64,000 bases of DNA from an uncultured Verrucomicrobiae bacterium (GCA_963707025.1 CAVPOM010000006.1:576001-640000); one strand, 5' to 3'; positions 25,371-37,840 are shown, counted from the first letter of the stretch. Made by a program: numbers and translations. The notes: generated from the letters alone by a model not told the origin.

Positions 25371-27416
25371 ATGAAACTGCTCGATGATCCCATGATTCCC
25401 GGCGGTCAAAGGCGGATGTTTCTGCTGGGTTTGCTTTTGGCCGTGGTCACGCTCGGTCTTTATTGGCCGGCGGTCGGCCATGATTTTGTGGCGTATGATG
25501 ACGACCAGTACATCTATGATAATCCGTGGGTGACCGGCGGCATCAGTTGGGCGGCCCTCAAATGGGCCTTGACGAGCACCTTTGCCGCCAACTGGCATCC
25601 GTTGACCTGGATTTCGCACCTCATTGATTACTCGATCTATGGCCCGCTGCCCGCGGGCCATCACCTCACCAGCATCCTTCTCCATACCGCCAACACCGTG
25701 TTGCTGTTCCTGGTGCTGGCACGCTGGACGGGGTCGCCCTGGCCGGGCGCTCTGGCCGCCGCGCTGTTCGGATGGCATCCGCTGCACGTCGAGTCGGTGG
25801 CTTGGGTTTCGGAGCGTAAGGACGTTTTGAGCACGCTCTGCTGGCTTCTGACGATTTGGGCTTACCTGAGGAGCGCCAGCCGGCCCGGAAGTGATTCTCC
25901 AGCCGGGAAGCCGGAGGGGCGCAAGCTGTTTTACGGGCTGGCCATTCTCTTCTTTGCCCTTGGCTTGATGGCCAAACCCATGGTGGTCACTTTGCCCTTT
26001 GTTCTGCTCCTGCTGGATTATTGGCCGCTGAAATTGTATTCGGGAAATTCCCTGTCGTCGCCTGCCTGGAAGGTTGGCCTTCGCCAGCTCGTGAAAATGC
26101 TGCCCTTTTTCATCCTCTCCGCCGCGGCGAGCGTGGTGACGGTGCTGGCGCAAAGCTCGGGTGGGGCCGTCAAAACGTTCGAGCAAGTCCCATTTTTTGC
26201 GCGCGTGGCCGGCGTTCCACTGGCCTACCTGACTTATATCCGCAAGACATTTTGGCCAAGTGATTTGTGCGCCTTTTATCCGTTGGCCGGGCAACCCCGG
26301 GCGGCTGAGGTTCTCGGCGCGTTGCTGGCGCTGGCCGCCATCAGTGCGGTGGCGGTTGCTTGGCGGCGTTCCTATCCGTGGCTCATCGTCGGATGGCTCT
26401 GGTTTTTGGGGACGCTCGTTCCGGTGATTGGGCTGGTCCAGGTGGGGGGCCAGGCTTATGGGGATCGCTATACCTACATCCCCTCCATCGGTTTGTTTGT
26501 CATGGTGGCCTGGAGTGTCCATCAGTGGGTGATCCAGCGCCCGCGGGCGCGAAGGTGGATTGCCGCGCTGGTTGGCGCCAGTCTCCTCGGCTGCGTTCTC
26601 ACCACCGCAGCGCAATTGGGCACCTGGCGCGACAATCTGGCCTTCTACACCCAAATCCTGGCGGTGAACAAAGACTGTGCCATGGCCCAAAACGGCCTGG
26701 GATTGGCCCTCTCCAACGCCGGTCGAAAAGACGAGGCGATTGCTCACTACAAGGAGGCCTTGCGTTTGGATCCCGCCTCGGTTCATGCGCGCTATAACCT
26801 GGGGATTGAACTGGCCGCCGCGGGCAGGCTGGAGGAAGCGGCCGCGGCTTTTGCTGAGGCCATAAAACTTAATCCGCGGAGCGAACAACTCCATAACAAC
26901 GCCGGGGTCGTGCTGGCGCAACAGGGAAAAACCGAACTGGCCCTGGATCAGTTCAGACAAGCCATTCAACTCAATCCCATTTACCCCAAGCCTTACCTCA
27001 ACGCCGCCATGGCCTTGGAGAAGCTGGGCCAGTTTGCCCAGGCTGCGACAAACTATGAAAAGGCGCTGCAACTGGAGCCGGATTCACCCCAAACTCTGGA
27101 CGCTTTGGCCATGCTGCGGGCGACGTGCCCGGATTTGCCGGAGCGCAACCCCGCCCTGGCGGTGCAACTGGCCACCCGGGCCAACGCCCTGACACGATCC
27201 CAAGTTCCGGATTATCTTTCCACGCTGGCGGCAGCTTATGCCGCGGCGACCCAGTACTCCAACGCCGTCACCACCGCGGAACTCGCTCGCAGCCAGGCTC
27301 AATCCCGCGGCCTCACGGACCTGGCCGGCAGAATCGGCCGGGACCTGCAGCGCTATCGAGCCGGCCTGGCCGCGCCCGCGAAGATGGAAATGGAACGCGG
27401 TTCGACCAACAGATGA
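25371..27416 (+). CDS. TMTC-like GT-C membrane glycosyltransferase with TPR repeats
   Basis: F..YDD..Y, NWHPLTW, HPLHVESVAWVSERK, DRYTY; C-terminal TPRs. Confidence 0.8.
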   Translation: MKLLDDPMIPGGQRRMFLLGLLLAVVTLGLYWPAVGHDFVAYDDDQYIYDNPWVTGGISWAALKWALTSTFAANWHPLTWISHLIDYSIYGPLPAGHHLTSILLHTANTVLLFLVLARWTGSPWPGALAAALFGWHPLHVESVAWVSERKDVLSTLCWLLTIWAYLRSASRPGSDSPAGKPEGRKLFYGLAILFFALGLMAKPMVVTLPFVLLLLDYWPLKLYSGNSLSSPAWKVGLRQLVKMLPFFILSAAASVVTVLAQSSGGAVKTFEQVPFFARVAGVPLAYLTYIRKTFWPSDLCAFYPLAGQPRAAEVLGALLALAAISAVAVAWRRSYPWLIVGWLWFLGTLVPVIGLVQVGGQAYGDRYTYIPSIGLFVMVAWSVHQWVIQRPRARRWIAALVGASLLGCVLTTAAQLGTWRDNLAFYTQILAVNKDCAMAQNGLGLALSNAGRKDEAIAHYKEALRLDPASVHARYNLGIELAAAGRLEEAAAAFAEAIKLNPRSEQLHNNAGVVLAQQGKTELALDQFRQAIQLNPIYPKPYLNAAMALEKLGQFAQAATNYEKALQLEPDSPQTLDALAMLRATCPDLPERNPALAVQLATRANALTRSQVPDYLSTLAAAYAAATQYSNAVTTAELARSQAQSRGLTDLAGRIGRDLQRYRAGLAAPAKMEMERGSTNR

Positions 27417-27430
27417 ATCAGCCTCCAGCC

Positions 27431-30400
27431 TCAGTTTCCCAGAATCCGATAAAACGCCGCCGCGTTGGTCGCCGGGATGATCAGGCCGTTGGTGTTGAGC
27501 AGCCCGCCGACATTGATCCAGTCCGTTGTGGCAAGATTGGTGTTCATTTGCACCTGGTACGGCCCGGCCCCGCCGCTCCAGTTCAATTGGAAATTGCCGC
27601 CTGCTATCAGCGCGGGGGCAGCGCCAATCGTAATGATGTCAGTGGTCACGCTGATCAACATCGTGGCCGTGCCGGACAGGCCGCCCGGATCGGTCACGCC
27701 CACGACGAAGCTATTCGTTCCAACATCGGTGCTGGCAGGCGTGCCGGAGAGCGCGCCGTTGGCTGCCACACTCAACCAGGCCGGACCGCTGATTTTCGAG
27801 AAGGCCAGCGTGCTGGCGAAATCATCCGGGTCGGTGGCATTGGTGGCGATGGCGCCCGCGTAAGCGTGGTTGGCCACCACGGCGGGCAGGGTGAAGGGGT
27901 TGGCCATAAACGACGGCGCCTGGTCGCCCGCCGGATAAAGATTGCCCTGGGGGATCACCTGCCAGGGCTGGTTGGGATTCGACCACGCTAATTGAGCCTC
28001 CGAGCTGCCGCCGTCGTTGTAATAATCCATTTCGATGTTATACTTTTGGCCGGCGGTGAGGACCAGGTTTGTGCTGTAGGTCGTAGGCCCCTCGTCCACC
28101 CACGCATTGGCGATCACAAGCTGGTTGCCGACCCAGAGCCGCCCTCCATCGTCCACGGTTATGTAGAACGTGTTGGTTCCGGTAAAAGGCGCCCTGACCT
28201 GGCCGGTCCAGCGCACCGCAAAATTTGTGACAGGCTGGCCGGGAGCGAACGGAGTGGTTCCCCAGGTGGTTTCGTTTATCCCCGGGTCAACCCGCGTCAG
28301 AACCAGGGGCGCCGCGCTGTCGTTGGTGATATAATTATTAAAGCTGGTGTAATTGGAGTAATAATGGCCGAGCAATCCCGTGCCGGCTCCCGGCGGATAA
28401 TTCGTTCCGGCAATAAAGTGGGCCTGAACTTGAGCGGCGCTTAACGGATAGTTGTAGAGCGCGACGTTCGCTATCGAACCCACGAACTGGTCGTTCCGAA
28501 CCGCCGCCGCGCTGGATTGCCGCGCTCCGATGTTCACCGGCGCGCCGCCGGCCGCCAATTCGCCTTCTCCCGGCGCTGGCTCGGAGGAAAAACCCGGGAT
28601 CGAATCCCCGTTGGCCGAACCGTCGAGGTAGAGGAACATGATGCTGTTGGCCTCGTCCACGACCCCGGCCAGGTGATGCCATTGGCCGTCGGCCGCGCCG
28701 CCGAGGTTGATCTGGTGAGCCAGGGTGTTGCCGGTGGCATCATGCCAGATCCAGCGGTAGGTGGTGCCGGAAACATCGAGATCGAAATTCTCCGTTCCAC
28801 CGCCGGCGCCTTGCGTCACGATGCCCGCGCCGTCGCCATTTTGCGAGGTGCTGAAATTGACCCAGGCTTCCACCGAGTATTCCGCGTTGCCGGAAACCAG
28901 CATCTGGGAGAAATCAATGCCCGCGATATTGCCGGCATAACTGTTGCTGGCGGCCGACGGGCCAAGGAGGTTCGTCTCACCAAAGGCCGCGGCGCAGTCC
29001 GGCTCGTCCGCCGGGATGCATGCTACTCCCAGCAAAACGCCGCCGAGGTATTGGCCGTTATGGTCGCCGACGTAATCATACGCCACCGTGCTGTTGGACG
29101 GCTCGTTCAAATGCCAGAAGGCGATGGGGTTGTCCGCCAGGATCCTCTGCACGTAAGCGCTGGTCAGCGCCGGCACGGCGATTACCGTCACCGTGCTGCT
29201 GATGAGCAAGTTAAGGGAGTTGGTGATGACGCACTTGTAGGTATTGGCGCCCGCCAAGGCATTGAACGTGTAAATCCCATTGGTCGCGCCGGGGATCGCG
29301 GTCGTGCCGTTTTGATACCACTGGAAGACGGGATTCCCGCCCTTGACCGCCACGGCATAGGTGAGCTGGCGGCCCGCATAGACGGTGATGGACAGCGGGC
29401 TTGGGTTGGTGAGCAGGGTGAGCGGGCCGGTCACAACGGAGAGGGGCGAATTGGCGCTCTGAATGCTGCCGTACTGATTTGTCACCACCACGTAATAGTT
29501 GCCGTCCTGGCCGGTTTGCACGCCGGTTAGAAAAAGGACGGCATTGGTGGCCCCCGCAATGGCCCCCCCTGGGCTGTGCCATTGATAGAAAAGAGGCGCG
29601 GTTCCCAGGGCCGTCACGCTGTTGCTCGCGGTGGTGCCCTGGTTGGGCTGCCAGGTCGTGAGTGGTTGTTGCGTGATAAAAGGCGCGACACCAGCCGACA
29701 AATACATTTGCTGAATCTGGTTCGAGGTGAGCGCATTGGCAAAGAGAGTGACTTCGTCGAACGCTTCCCCCGAACAGCCGGCCCGTTCCATAATCCGGCG
29801 CGCCGCCTATCCAGAAATCCGATGAATCCCCGCCCACCGTCTTTGCCGCGCTGTTGGCCCCGGCCAGTTGACCGTCCACATAGATATATTGCGCGGTGCC
29901 GCTATAGACGCCGGCCAATTGATGCCAGGTCGAGTTCGCCACGGAGCTCGGACCCACCACATCGCCATTGCCCCCGTCCGCGAAGTGAGGTTTATGGCTG
30001 GTATCCACGTCCAGGCGATAGGACGAGTCGCCTTTGCCCGCGACAGTTTGGAAATTGCCGCCGCCGGAGGTCTTAATCCACGCTAGCATGCTCATCGGAC
30101 CAGTAAAGTTAAGAGAGCTTCCGGGGATATCAATGTAGGCTGATACGCCGTTGAGTGACACGGCATAGTTGGGTGATCCCATTCCAGGATTAGGCGCTCC
30201 CGCCGCCTTGTTGACGACGCCGCCGACGTAGTTGCCGTTGTTGCCGCCGACATAATCATAGGCCACCGTTCCATTGGTTTCCTTCAGAGGCCAGAAGGCA
30301 ACCGGGTTGGCCGCCAGCACGGCCTGCTGGTATGGAGCAGGCGCCACGACCGTGACTGACACCACGCTGCTGGTGACAGCGCCCAGGGAGTTGCTCAACA

Positions 30401-33400
30401 CCGCCGTATAAGCGCCCGAGTTGGTCAGTCGCGCGTTGCTCAACGTGTAGCTGGCGCTGTTGGCCGCGGGGATGTTTGTCCCGTCGAATTGCCAATAGTA
30501 ACCCACTGGCACTGCCCCGTTGCCGGACACAGCGAAGGAGGCGCCCAGGCCCGTGAACAGAAAAAGATTGGTCAGCGCCGGTTGCTGCGTGATCACCGGT
30601 GTCCGGTAAACGGTCAGGATGGCGACGGAACTGGTGACGGCGCCGGCATTATTCGTCACCACTACATAGTAACTGCCAGCCTGGCTGGACTGAACGTCGG
30701 GCAGTGTCAGCGAGCTGGCGGTGGCCCCGCCTATCAGGCCAGCCGGACCATACCATTGGAAGGAGAGAGGCGGAGCGCCCATCGCCACCGCGCCAAAGGT
30801 CGAGCTTGACCCGATGACATTGTTGGTCGCGGACTGCGGCTGCAGCGTGATCGCCGGCTGGGGCGGCATCAGGTCCCCGCTCACTGCGAATACTCCCGAA
30901 TCCCCGGATGCGCCGGGCTTGGTAAAGGTGATGGACGAGACGGGCTGGTTGGATCCCAGCGCCGCAAGATTGATGGCAGTCTGATAAAGGTTGGGATTGC
31001 TGCTGCCGTTATTTTCGGTGGAAAGGCCGGAGTTATTCAAGTCCAGCCGGCCAAATCCTTGCAGGGCCACATTGGAGGTGGTGTTGAACCAATCCTGGGC
31101 GTTGAAATTAAAGGTGGAACTGGACGATCCATTGGCGAAATGGATCACGCACGTTCCTTGCGCTCCTCCGTTGGCCGAGGAGGCCAGCACCGCCAGGGTA
31201 TTATACGATTGCGGCGTTGTCAGGGTGAGCGTGCCGGAAACGGCATAGCCGCCGCCCATCAGCAGCACGTTCTGGCCGCCGTAAGGCCCGAATTGAAAGA
31301 CCGACGATCCATCCGCGGAACTGGTGAAAAGACCGCTGGCGGGCAGCCCCTGCGTGCCGCCGCTGCCTTGCACCGCGGGATTGGTATTCAACCCGGCTTG
31401 ATAGAAGGCGATATTGTTCGCGAGGTCGAATCCGGTCGCTCCTTTGTTGCCCGTGGTCGCGTTGGCCGGAACAATCACGCCCGCGTTGAATCCCGTGACC
31501 GCGATCGGAAAGTTGGCCGTCGAGACGGTCAAGGTGAACAGCCGGTATTCCACCACGGTGCTGGTCTGATTGGTGAACCAGACATTCGCCAGATAAACTC
31601 CTGTCTGCAAATTGCTCACGGCTGCCGCGTCCAAAGCCACCGTCACCGCCGCCGGGCCGCCTCCGGGCGTGAGCGTGCCGCCCACCGGCGAGACATCCAG
31701 CCAAGCCGGGCCGCCGCCCGCGCCCCAATTGAACGCAGCCGCGCCCGTGTTGGTCAGGGACAAGATCAGATTAGTGGCGATGGCGGCAGCGCCGTAAGGC
31801 TGGACGGCCGCGAAACCGACTCCGGGGGTGATTTGCAGCGCATCGGTCGGCGCCGCCAGGTAGTTGATCAAGGCTGCCCCGTTGGGACTGCCCCAACCGG
31901 TGGCCAGATCGTAACCGGGATAGGCGAAAAAGTTCGCCGGGCTGCCGCTGTTGGTGTCATTGCCCGTGGTTATATCATGGAAGAGGTTGGTATAGTTGGC
32001 CGACTTGCCTATGGCGTAAGCCGCCTGGTTCATGGACCCGATGGTGCCCCGCCCGTTGGCCAAGGCCTGTTGATTGATCAGCGCCGTAAAGCCCGCCCAC
32101 AACGGCGACGCCGCGCTCGTGCCGCCCACGGTTCCGCTTTGCCCGTCTTTAAGATACCAGAATAAAACCGTGTCCGCCAGAATGGACACGTCGGGGATAT
32201 TGCGCTGGGCGGTCGAGCCGCCGATGGCGGACATGTTGATGCCAAGTTGATAGCCCGGAATGGGATAATGCGGGCTGATCCCGCCGCCGCTGCCACGCCA
32301 GGTCGTTTCCGATTGCCACGGCCCGCCCGGGCTGCTCGTCGTCAGGGAAGTGCCGCCGACCGACGTGCAATTCGTGTCATCCGTCGGCGCAAAAATCGTT
32401 TGCGATGCATTATAGGCCCCGCCGTCGCCGGAGGAGGAAAAGAACGACTGCCCTTGCATCGCCAACTGCTGCAATACCTGGCTCTGGCCCGATGGCGGCG
32501 GATAATAGCCAAAGGAGCAACTGCATTGTTTGGCGAACCCATCCGAGGCCATGCGATCCAGGATGTCTATCGCGCTGTTGCCTTCATAGACGACCACCGA
32601 CGCGCCCGGCGCCATCGAGATCGCCATGTCAATGTCCAGCGCCTCTTCGCCGTCATCCGTGCCGGCGGGGGCCACGCCGGTCAGGTTGTCCAGCAGGACA
32701 TTGCTGATGACGATGTTGGCCGGCAGATGGGCATTGATTTCGTAAAGATACACGTCATTGGTAAAATAAGGACCGAACTCAAACAACCCAATGACCTGCC
32801 CGTAGCCCGTGAGACCGACGCCCGCCGCGTAGGCATTAGGCAAATCGGAGCCAAAGAAATCTCCGCCCGGGCCCGAACCCGTCGCATAGGCCACCTCCTT
32901 TGCATCCTGCCCTTTCACCACCAGATTCATCGGGCGCGGCGGCATGTAATCATCCAAGCCGCTCACCCCCAGGATCGGCAGATCGGCATCCACCGTCGGT
33001 TCGGCCTCGGGCGAATAGAAGGTGCGCGCCTCGGTCGGATGCTGATAAACCGCCAGCCTGATGTGAAACGCCCGCTCAATATCCGCCACCGCGCCGGCCG
33101 CGTCCACCAGCATGCGGTTTCCGTAAGTCCCCGTCACCGTCAGTCCCTGGGCCTGGGCAAAAGCGATCACCCTTTGATAATCCGCTTCGGTCGGTGCAAA
33201 GGCCGCCGCGAATTGCTCCGGCGCAAGCCACTGATGAAATTTCGGGCTGGCCGGGTCGTACAACTGCGCCAGCAGGTTGCTGAGCGCCCCCGGATTGCGC
33301 CAGGGCAAGGCGATGGCCAATTGCAGGCGTTTGGCGCCTTCCAGCCGCCCGGCCGCTTGCAGCTTCGTCATATCCATCGGCAGATGGCCGCGCAATATGC

Positions 33401-33590
33401 GCTGCTCTGCCGCACGCGCCGTCTGTGGGGCCAACAGCGTCCCAACCGCGCCCGCCGCGACCGCGAGCCACCCAAAAAAGTTCCGGCTGATCCTGCCATG
33501 CCGCTGGCGGGCGGGACACGCCGGTACGTCGGGCCGGGTCCCGACGACGAAAGCTGCATGACGGGGGAAACTCCATTGGTGCATGGTCAT
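27431..33590 (-). CDS. Giant S53 (sedolisin) protease with pro-domain, Ig, LamG, PA14 and cadherin-like domains; one apparent 1-nt insertion at about 29760 (about 2050 aa if corrected)
   Basis: EEALDID, SSGDGG, GGTSAASP, GYD..TGWGSP; PxITxQP Ig repeats; two LamG-like domains; FAVRWTG PA14. Confidence 0.85.
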
Positions 33591-33700
33591 AGGGACTCCT
33601 TAGGCTCAATCCAATATATTGCCGACTTCATTCATTGTAGTGGAAAATCCCGCTGTGCGCAATCCCCTTTTGAAGGAGCGTAATGCGATGCATCAGTGTC

Positions 33701-33777
33701 GGTAGGGCGAGACTCTGTCAAGCCGTGACTTTTTCGCACGAAATGGAGTTTCGCCTCGACGGCGTCTCCGGCCACCC
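33701..33777. repeat. Degenerate GTAG-type REP doublet
   Basis: GGTAGGGCGAGACTCTGTC...GACGGCGTCTCCGGCCACC imperfect inverted arms. Confidence 0.45.
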
Positions 33778-33809
33778 CATGGCCAAGGCCTGGCGCGATG
33801 GGGGCGTTA

Positions 33810-34418
33810 TCAGGGAGTTTTGGGAACCAGCAGCACGAAGTCGCTGCGGCGGTTTTTGCTCCAGGCGGCTTCGGTGTGGCCGTCAACAGCGGGTTTGGCC
33901 TTGCCGTAGCTGACGGTGACAACCTGGCGGCCGTCCACCTGGAGGTTGATCAGGTATTCCCGAACGGCCAGCGCGCGCTTCTCGCCCAGGGACAGATTGT
34001 ATTTCTCGGTGCCGCGTTCGTCGCAGTTGCCTTCCACCCGCAGGGCGTCGGCCATGTGGCCTTTCAGGTAAGCGGCCACGTTCTCCAGCTTTTTGTCCTC
34101 GGTCTTCTTGATGGTGGCGCTGTCGAGGTCGAAATAAACGGTGTCCGACTTCAAGGTGGCGGCGTCTTCATCGTGCTCCTGGATGACCTTAGCCCAAGGA
34201 CCAGCATCCGGGTTGACAGGGTTGCCTTCGTCGGTTTTTGTGATCGTGCTCGGCGTTTCGACTTTGGCTCCGGGGGTTTCGTTGACTGGCGGTGGCGCAA
34301 TGGGTCTGTTGCTCTCGGGGAGCTGCGTAATGGCAACGCCTCGATGCGCACAGCCGGCCGAGCCGAGGGTTAAGGCCGCGCCGGCGAAAATTATACTCAA
34401 TAAGCTTGATGTTTTCAT
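33810..34418 (-). CDS. pal: Peptidoglycan-associated lipoprotein (OmpA domain)
   Basis: Lipobox SAGC; VYFD.D, EG.CDERGT..YN..LG..RA, SYGK.KP, W.KNRR. Confidence 0.93.
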   Translation of the reverse strand: MKTSSLLSIIFAGAALTLGSAGCAHRGVAITQLPESNRPIAPPPVNETPGAKVETPSTITKTDEGNPVNPDAGPWAKVIQEHDEDAATLKSDTVYFDLDSATIKKTEDKKLENVAAYLKGHMADALRVEGNCDERGTEKYNLSLGEKRALAVREYLINLQVDGRQVVTVSYGKAKPAVDGHTEAAWSKNRRSDFVLLVPKTP

Positions 34419-34448
34419 TGTCTCAAAATGGTTTGGCAAAACTGTTCC

Positions 34449-35600
34449 TCACCTTGCCCAAGCAGGCTGGGAACAGCTTCCCGAAAGCTGACCGATATCC
34501 TTGACGTGTTTTGTCGGCACGTCAAGCAAGGACAGAACCGGATTGTGATTAACTTGCCGGGTGAAGATGACCGTGCGGGAATTGGGCGCCCAGCACGGGT
34601 CTTCACCAGCAACCAATTGTTCGGCCTCGCCGCCCGTGGCCGGCGTGATCCATAAAGTGAAATACCCGCTGCCGGAGGTAAAAATGATCTTCTTGCCGTC
34701 CGGCGACCAGTCCGGCGAAGTGAGATTGCCAAAAGTCCCGGTGCGCAACTCCTCCGCTTTGCCGCCATAGACGCTGATCTTGCGCAGGGAGGCGCGCCCG
34801 GAACGGACCACGTAGCAAATTTGCCGGCCATCGGGCGACCAGGTGGGGGAGGAAGCCTCGTCGCGCTCATGGGTCAGTTGTTTCAAATTGCCGCCGTCGC
34901 TGTCGCAGACGTAGAGATTGGGGCTGCCGCCTTTGCTCAGGATCATGGCGACTTTGCTGCCATCGGGGGAAACGGCCGGATTGAAGTTGCCGCCGCCGAA
35001 GCCGGCGAACAGGGCGCGCTGGCCGCTGGCGGCATCGTGTTCCAGGATTTGGGTGTAGCCGCTTTTCCAGGAGGTGTAATAGAGTTTTCGTCCGCCCGGC
35101 GACCAGGCAGGGGTGGCGACCAAAGAGGCGTCGTGGGTCATCTGCACCGGGTCATGGCCGTCGAAATCGGAGACGAACAGTTCCAGGTTGGCGCCCACCT
35201 TGCGGCAGAAGGCGATTTTGCTGTGAAAAATGGGCGGCGTGTCGCGGATGACTTTCACGATGTCATCGGCAAAGGCGTGGGCTTGGGAGCGAGTGGTGCC
35301 GCCGTTATAGAGGCGGGCGAAACCGCCGCTGCCAGCGCCGGCGGGTTGCAAGCGCCCATCCAGCCGGCCATTTTGCGTGCCGCTGATCAAATACTCCGCC
35401 TTGTCGGGCGTGGTCAGTTCCAGTCCCAAAACCGACAAATCGAATTTCAGGACCGATTCGGCCTCGCCGGTGAAGCCGCTGATGGAAATGGGGATGAGCC
35501 GCGTGGCAGTGTTGGTTCTGTTAATTTCAATGGGCTGGGCCAGCCCGCTCAGGGCGCAACTGCACAGGAATGCGAGTATAAAGTCAGGTGATTTTTTCAT
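34449..35600 (-). CDS. tolB: TolB-like beta-propeller protein
   Basis: AH.FAD.I, repeated P.WSPDG (PD40); operon position. Confidence 0.88.
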   Translation of the reverse strand: MKKSPDFILAFLCSCALSGLAQPIEINRTNTATRLIPISISGFTGEAESVLKFDLSVLGLELTTPDKAEYLISGTQNGRLDGRLQPAGAGSGGFARLYNGGTTRSQAHAFADDIVKVIRDTPPIFHSKIAFCRKVGANLELFVSDFDGHDPVQMTHDASLVATPAWSPGGRKLYYTSWKSGYTQILEHDAASGQRALFAGFGGGNFNPAVSPDGSKVAMILSKGGSPNLYVCDSDGGNLKQLTHERDEASSPTWSPDGRQICYVVRSGRASLRKISVYGGKAEELRTGTFGNLTSPDWSPDGKKIIFTSGSGYFTLWITPATGGEAEQLVAGEDPCWAPNSRTVIFTRQVNHNPVLSLLDVPTKHVKDIGQLSGSCSQPAWAR

Positions 35601-36454
35601 CCGGCGTCTTGTTTGGTTTCGAGGTTGAATCTGATGATAAAGCTCCGTTCGGCATCCGGCGCGTTGGTGGGGAAGGGGGGCAATTGTTTGACGGCATCCA
35701 GCGCGCGCTGCACGGAGCGGTCCACGGCGGCATCGCCCGACTTGTTGACGAATTCGGAGGAAGCAACCGTGCCGTCCCGCAGAACCACGATTTTGACATC
35801 CGCCACCGCCAGTTTGCGGGCGGTTTCTTCGGGGGTTTTCCAGGCCTGATAATAGGCGTTGAAAACAGCGGTGCGGTAGTTGACGAACGCTTCCCCGCCG
35901 TTTTCTCCTGGCAGGGCCAGGACCTTGTCGCTGGGTTCTTTGCTGTGGATTGTGGAATTCAACTCAGCAAAGATATTGGACATCTCCTGCGAGCGTTTCC
36001 GGCTGGCTTCCTGCGCCGCGGCCTGCGCCTGGGCTGAGGACTCGGTCGTCTTGGGTGGCGGTTTGTTGGAATGAGCAACCTGGGTGAGATCCACTTTGAT
36101 CGCACGCCTTCCCGGAGCCAGTTCCGGGGCCGCCTTTTCGGCCGGGGCGCTGCGCGGCGGCGGCTTGGGCGCGGTCCGGGCCGCGGGCCTGGGCGGTTCG
36201 GCCAAACGCGGCTGAGGAGTTACCGGGGGTGCGGCGCGGGTGGCGGGCGGGGAAGGCTGGGGTTTGACGGAGGCGGGAACGGGTTGGCCACCGACACCGG
36301 CACGATCCAATATATTGGCGGGCAGAAAGGTCAGCACCTGTTCGGTGGTGATGGCCGGCTCGGAGCGGAAAGCGGCGGTGGCCAGAAAAGCAACCGCCGT
36401 CAGGCCATGTAAACTGGCCGAGGCCACCAGACATTTCTTTTGCAGGCGTGTCAT
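35597..36454 (-). CDS. TolA/TonB-family energy transducer
   Basis: N-terminal S..LH anchor, Pro-rich linker, SG...D.SV..A.....LPPFP C-domain. Confidence 0.8.
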   Translation of the reverse strand: MTRLQKKCLVASASLHGLTAVAFLATAAFRSEPAITTEQVLTFLPANILDRAGVGGQPVPASVKPQPSPPATRAAPPVTPQPRLAEPPRPAARTAPKPPPRSAPAEKAAPELAPGRRAIKVDLTQVAHSNKPPPKTTESSAQAQAAAQEASRKRSQEMSNIFAELNSTIHSKEPSDKVLALPGENGGEAFVNYRTAVFNAYYQAWKTPEETARKLAVADVKIVVLRDGTVASSEFVNKSGDAAVDRSVQRALDAVKQLPPFPTNAPDAERSFIIRFNLETKQDAG

Positions 36455-36873
36455 GGGGTTCGGGCCGGGGCGGTGTGGAGGATGAAATTGGTAATATGAT
36501 TGCGCATGCAAGCATCCGTCAGGCGAAAGTAATAATTGAATTGGACGCTTTTGTCGGCGCGGATGTCCACGATTAACTTGGGGTTGTCGCGGAACGCCTT
36601 GACCAGTTCGGTTTCCACCTGGGTCAAGGCCAGATGCTTGCCGTCCAGCCAATAGCCGCCGTCGGCCCGGACCTCAACCACATGCACGCTGTGGCGGTCA
36701 ATGGTTTTGGCTTCCCGGAGCGTGGATTCAGGCAGTTGAATCTTGACGTGCCCTTCCAGCATGGGCCGGGTAATGACGAAAATGATGAGCAGGACGAAGG
36801 CCAGATCAAGCAGGGGCGTAATGTTGATTTCGCTCAAAGTCACCAGAGAATTGCGTTGGGAGAAGCGACGCAT
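36451..36873 (-). CDS. TolR/ExbD
   Basis: EINITPLLDL.FVLLIIF, IRADK. Confidence 0.9.
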   Translation of the reverse strand: MRRFSQRNSLVTLSEINITPLLDLAFVLLIIFVITRPMLEGHVKIQLPESTLREAKTIDRHSVHVVEVRADGGYWLDGKHLALTQVETELVKAFRDNPKLIVDIRADKSVQFNYYFRLTDACMRNHITNFILHTAPARTP

Positions 36874-36874
36874 G

Positions 36875-37582
36875 TCATTCCTCCTTTAAATACTCGATTT
36901 CCATTTTCGTAACCAATTCCTGGGCAAAATTGTCCAGTTCCACCGTCTGCACCCGCAGGCGGTGAACCAGATAATTGTAGCCGAACATGGAGGGAATGGC
37001 CACCACCAAACCGGCCACCGTGGTGATCAAGGCGGCCGAAACGCCGGGGGCCATGGTCTCCAGGGCGGCGCTTTGCTGCTGGCCGACCATGGCGAAGGTG
37101 TCCATCACGCCCCAGACGGTGCCGAGCAACCCCAGAAACGGGCCGCCGCTGACCGCGCTGGCCAGGAGAATCAAGCCGGCTTCCAGTTTGATGGACTCGC
37201 GGGCCACCGCGCTTTCCAGGGTGCGTTTGATGTGCTCCATGCCTTTGAGGGTGAGGCGGGGCTGGCGCTGGCCGCCGCCGGATTTGAGCCGGGCATCCAA
37301 TTCCACGCAGCCCTCCTGATAGACGGCAAAAAACGGGCAGCCGAAGACCTCCAGGCGGCGGTCGAAGATGCCGAGCACCTCCTTTTGGGCGCGGAACTCG
37401 GAATCGAAGTACTGATTGAGCTTTTTGGCGCGGCGCATTTGCAGGCCCTTGAAGACCATCATATACCAGGCGAAAATGGAGAACAGGGCCAGGACAACCA
37501 GGATGACGCGCGCCTCCACCGTGGCCCGCGACAACACAAAATGCAATTGTGTCTCGGCGAAAAAACTAACGGGAACATTCAT
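36875..37582 (-). CDS. TolQ/ExbB/MotA proton channel protein
   Basis: PFLGLLGTVWGVM..F, APGVS.ALITT.AGL.VAIP. Confidence 0.92.
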   Translation of the reverse strand: MNVPVSFFAETQLHFVLSRATVEARVILVVLALFSIFAWYMMVFKGLQMRRAKKLNQYFDSEFRAQKEVLGIFDRRLEVFGCPFFAVYQEGCVELDARLKSGGGQRQPRLTLKGMEHIKRTLESAVARESIKLEAGLILLASAVSGGPFLGLLGTVWGVMDTFAMVGQQQSAALETMAPGVSAALITTVAGLVVAIPSMFGYNYLVHRLRVQTVELDNFAQELVTKMEIEYLKEE

Positions 37583-37840
37583 CAATCAACATCCGCCGCA
37601 GCCCCGGGGCTGCCGCGTCTCATCGGTGTAACGTGGAGGAATGAAATGGTCAAATTATTCACGTTCCACCGCAATTCCGACCATCTGGGCGCCATACTAA
37701 TCGAAAGAATTCTTTTGGCAACAACAATTCGCGAAGTATTTCAAATTATTTTCACGAGGCAAAACAACGGCCCTGATGCCGCGCCCGGCCCCCGGGCCGG
37801 ACTGAGGCCACGGGCAACCCGGTTTTGCCGCAACCCCGAA

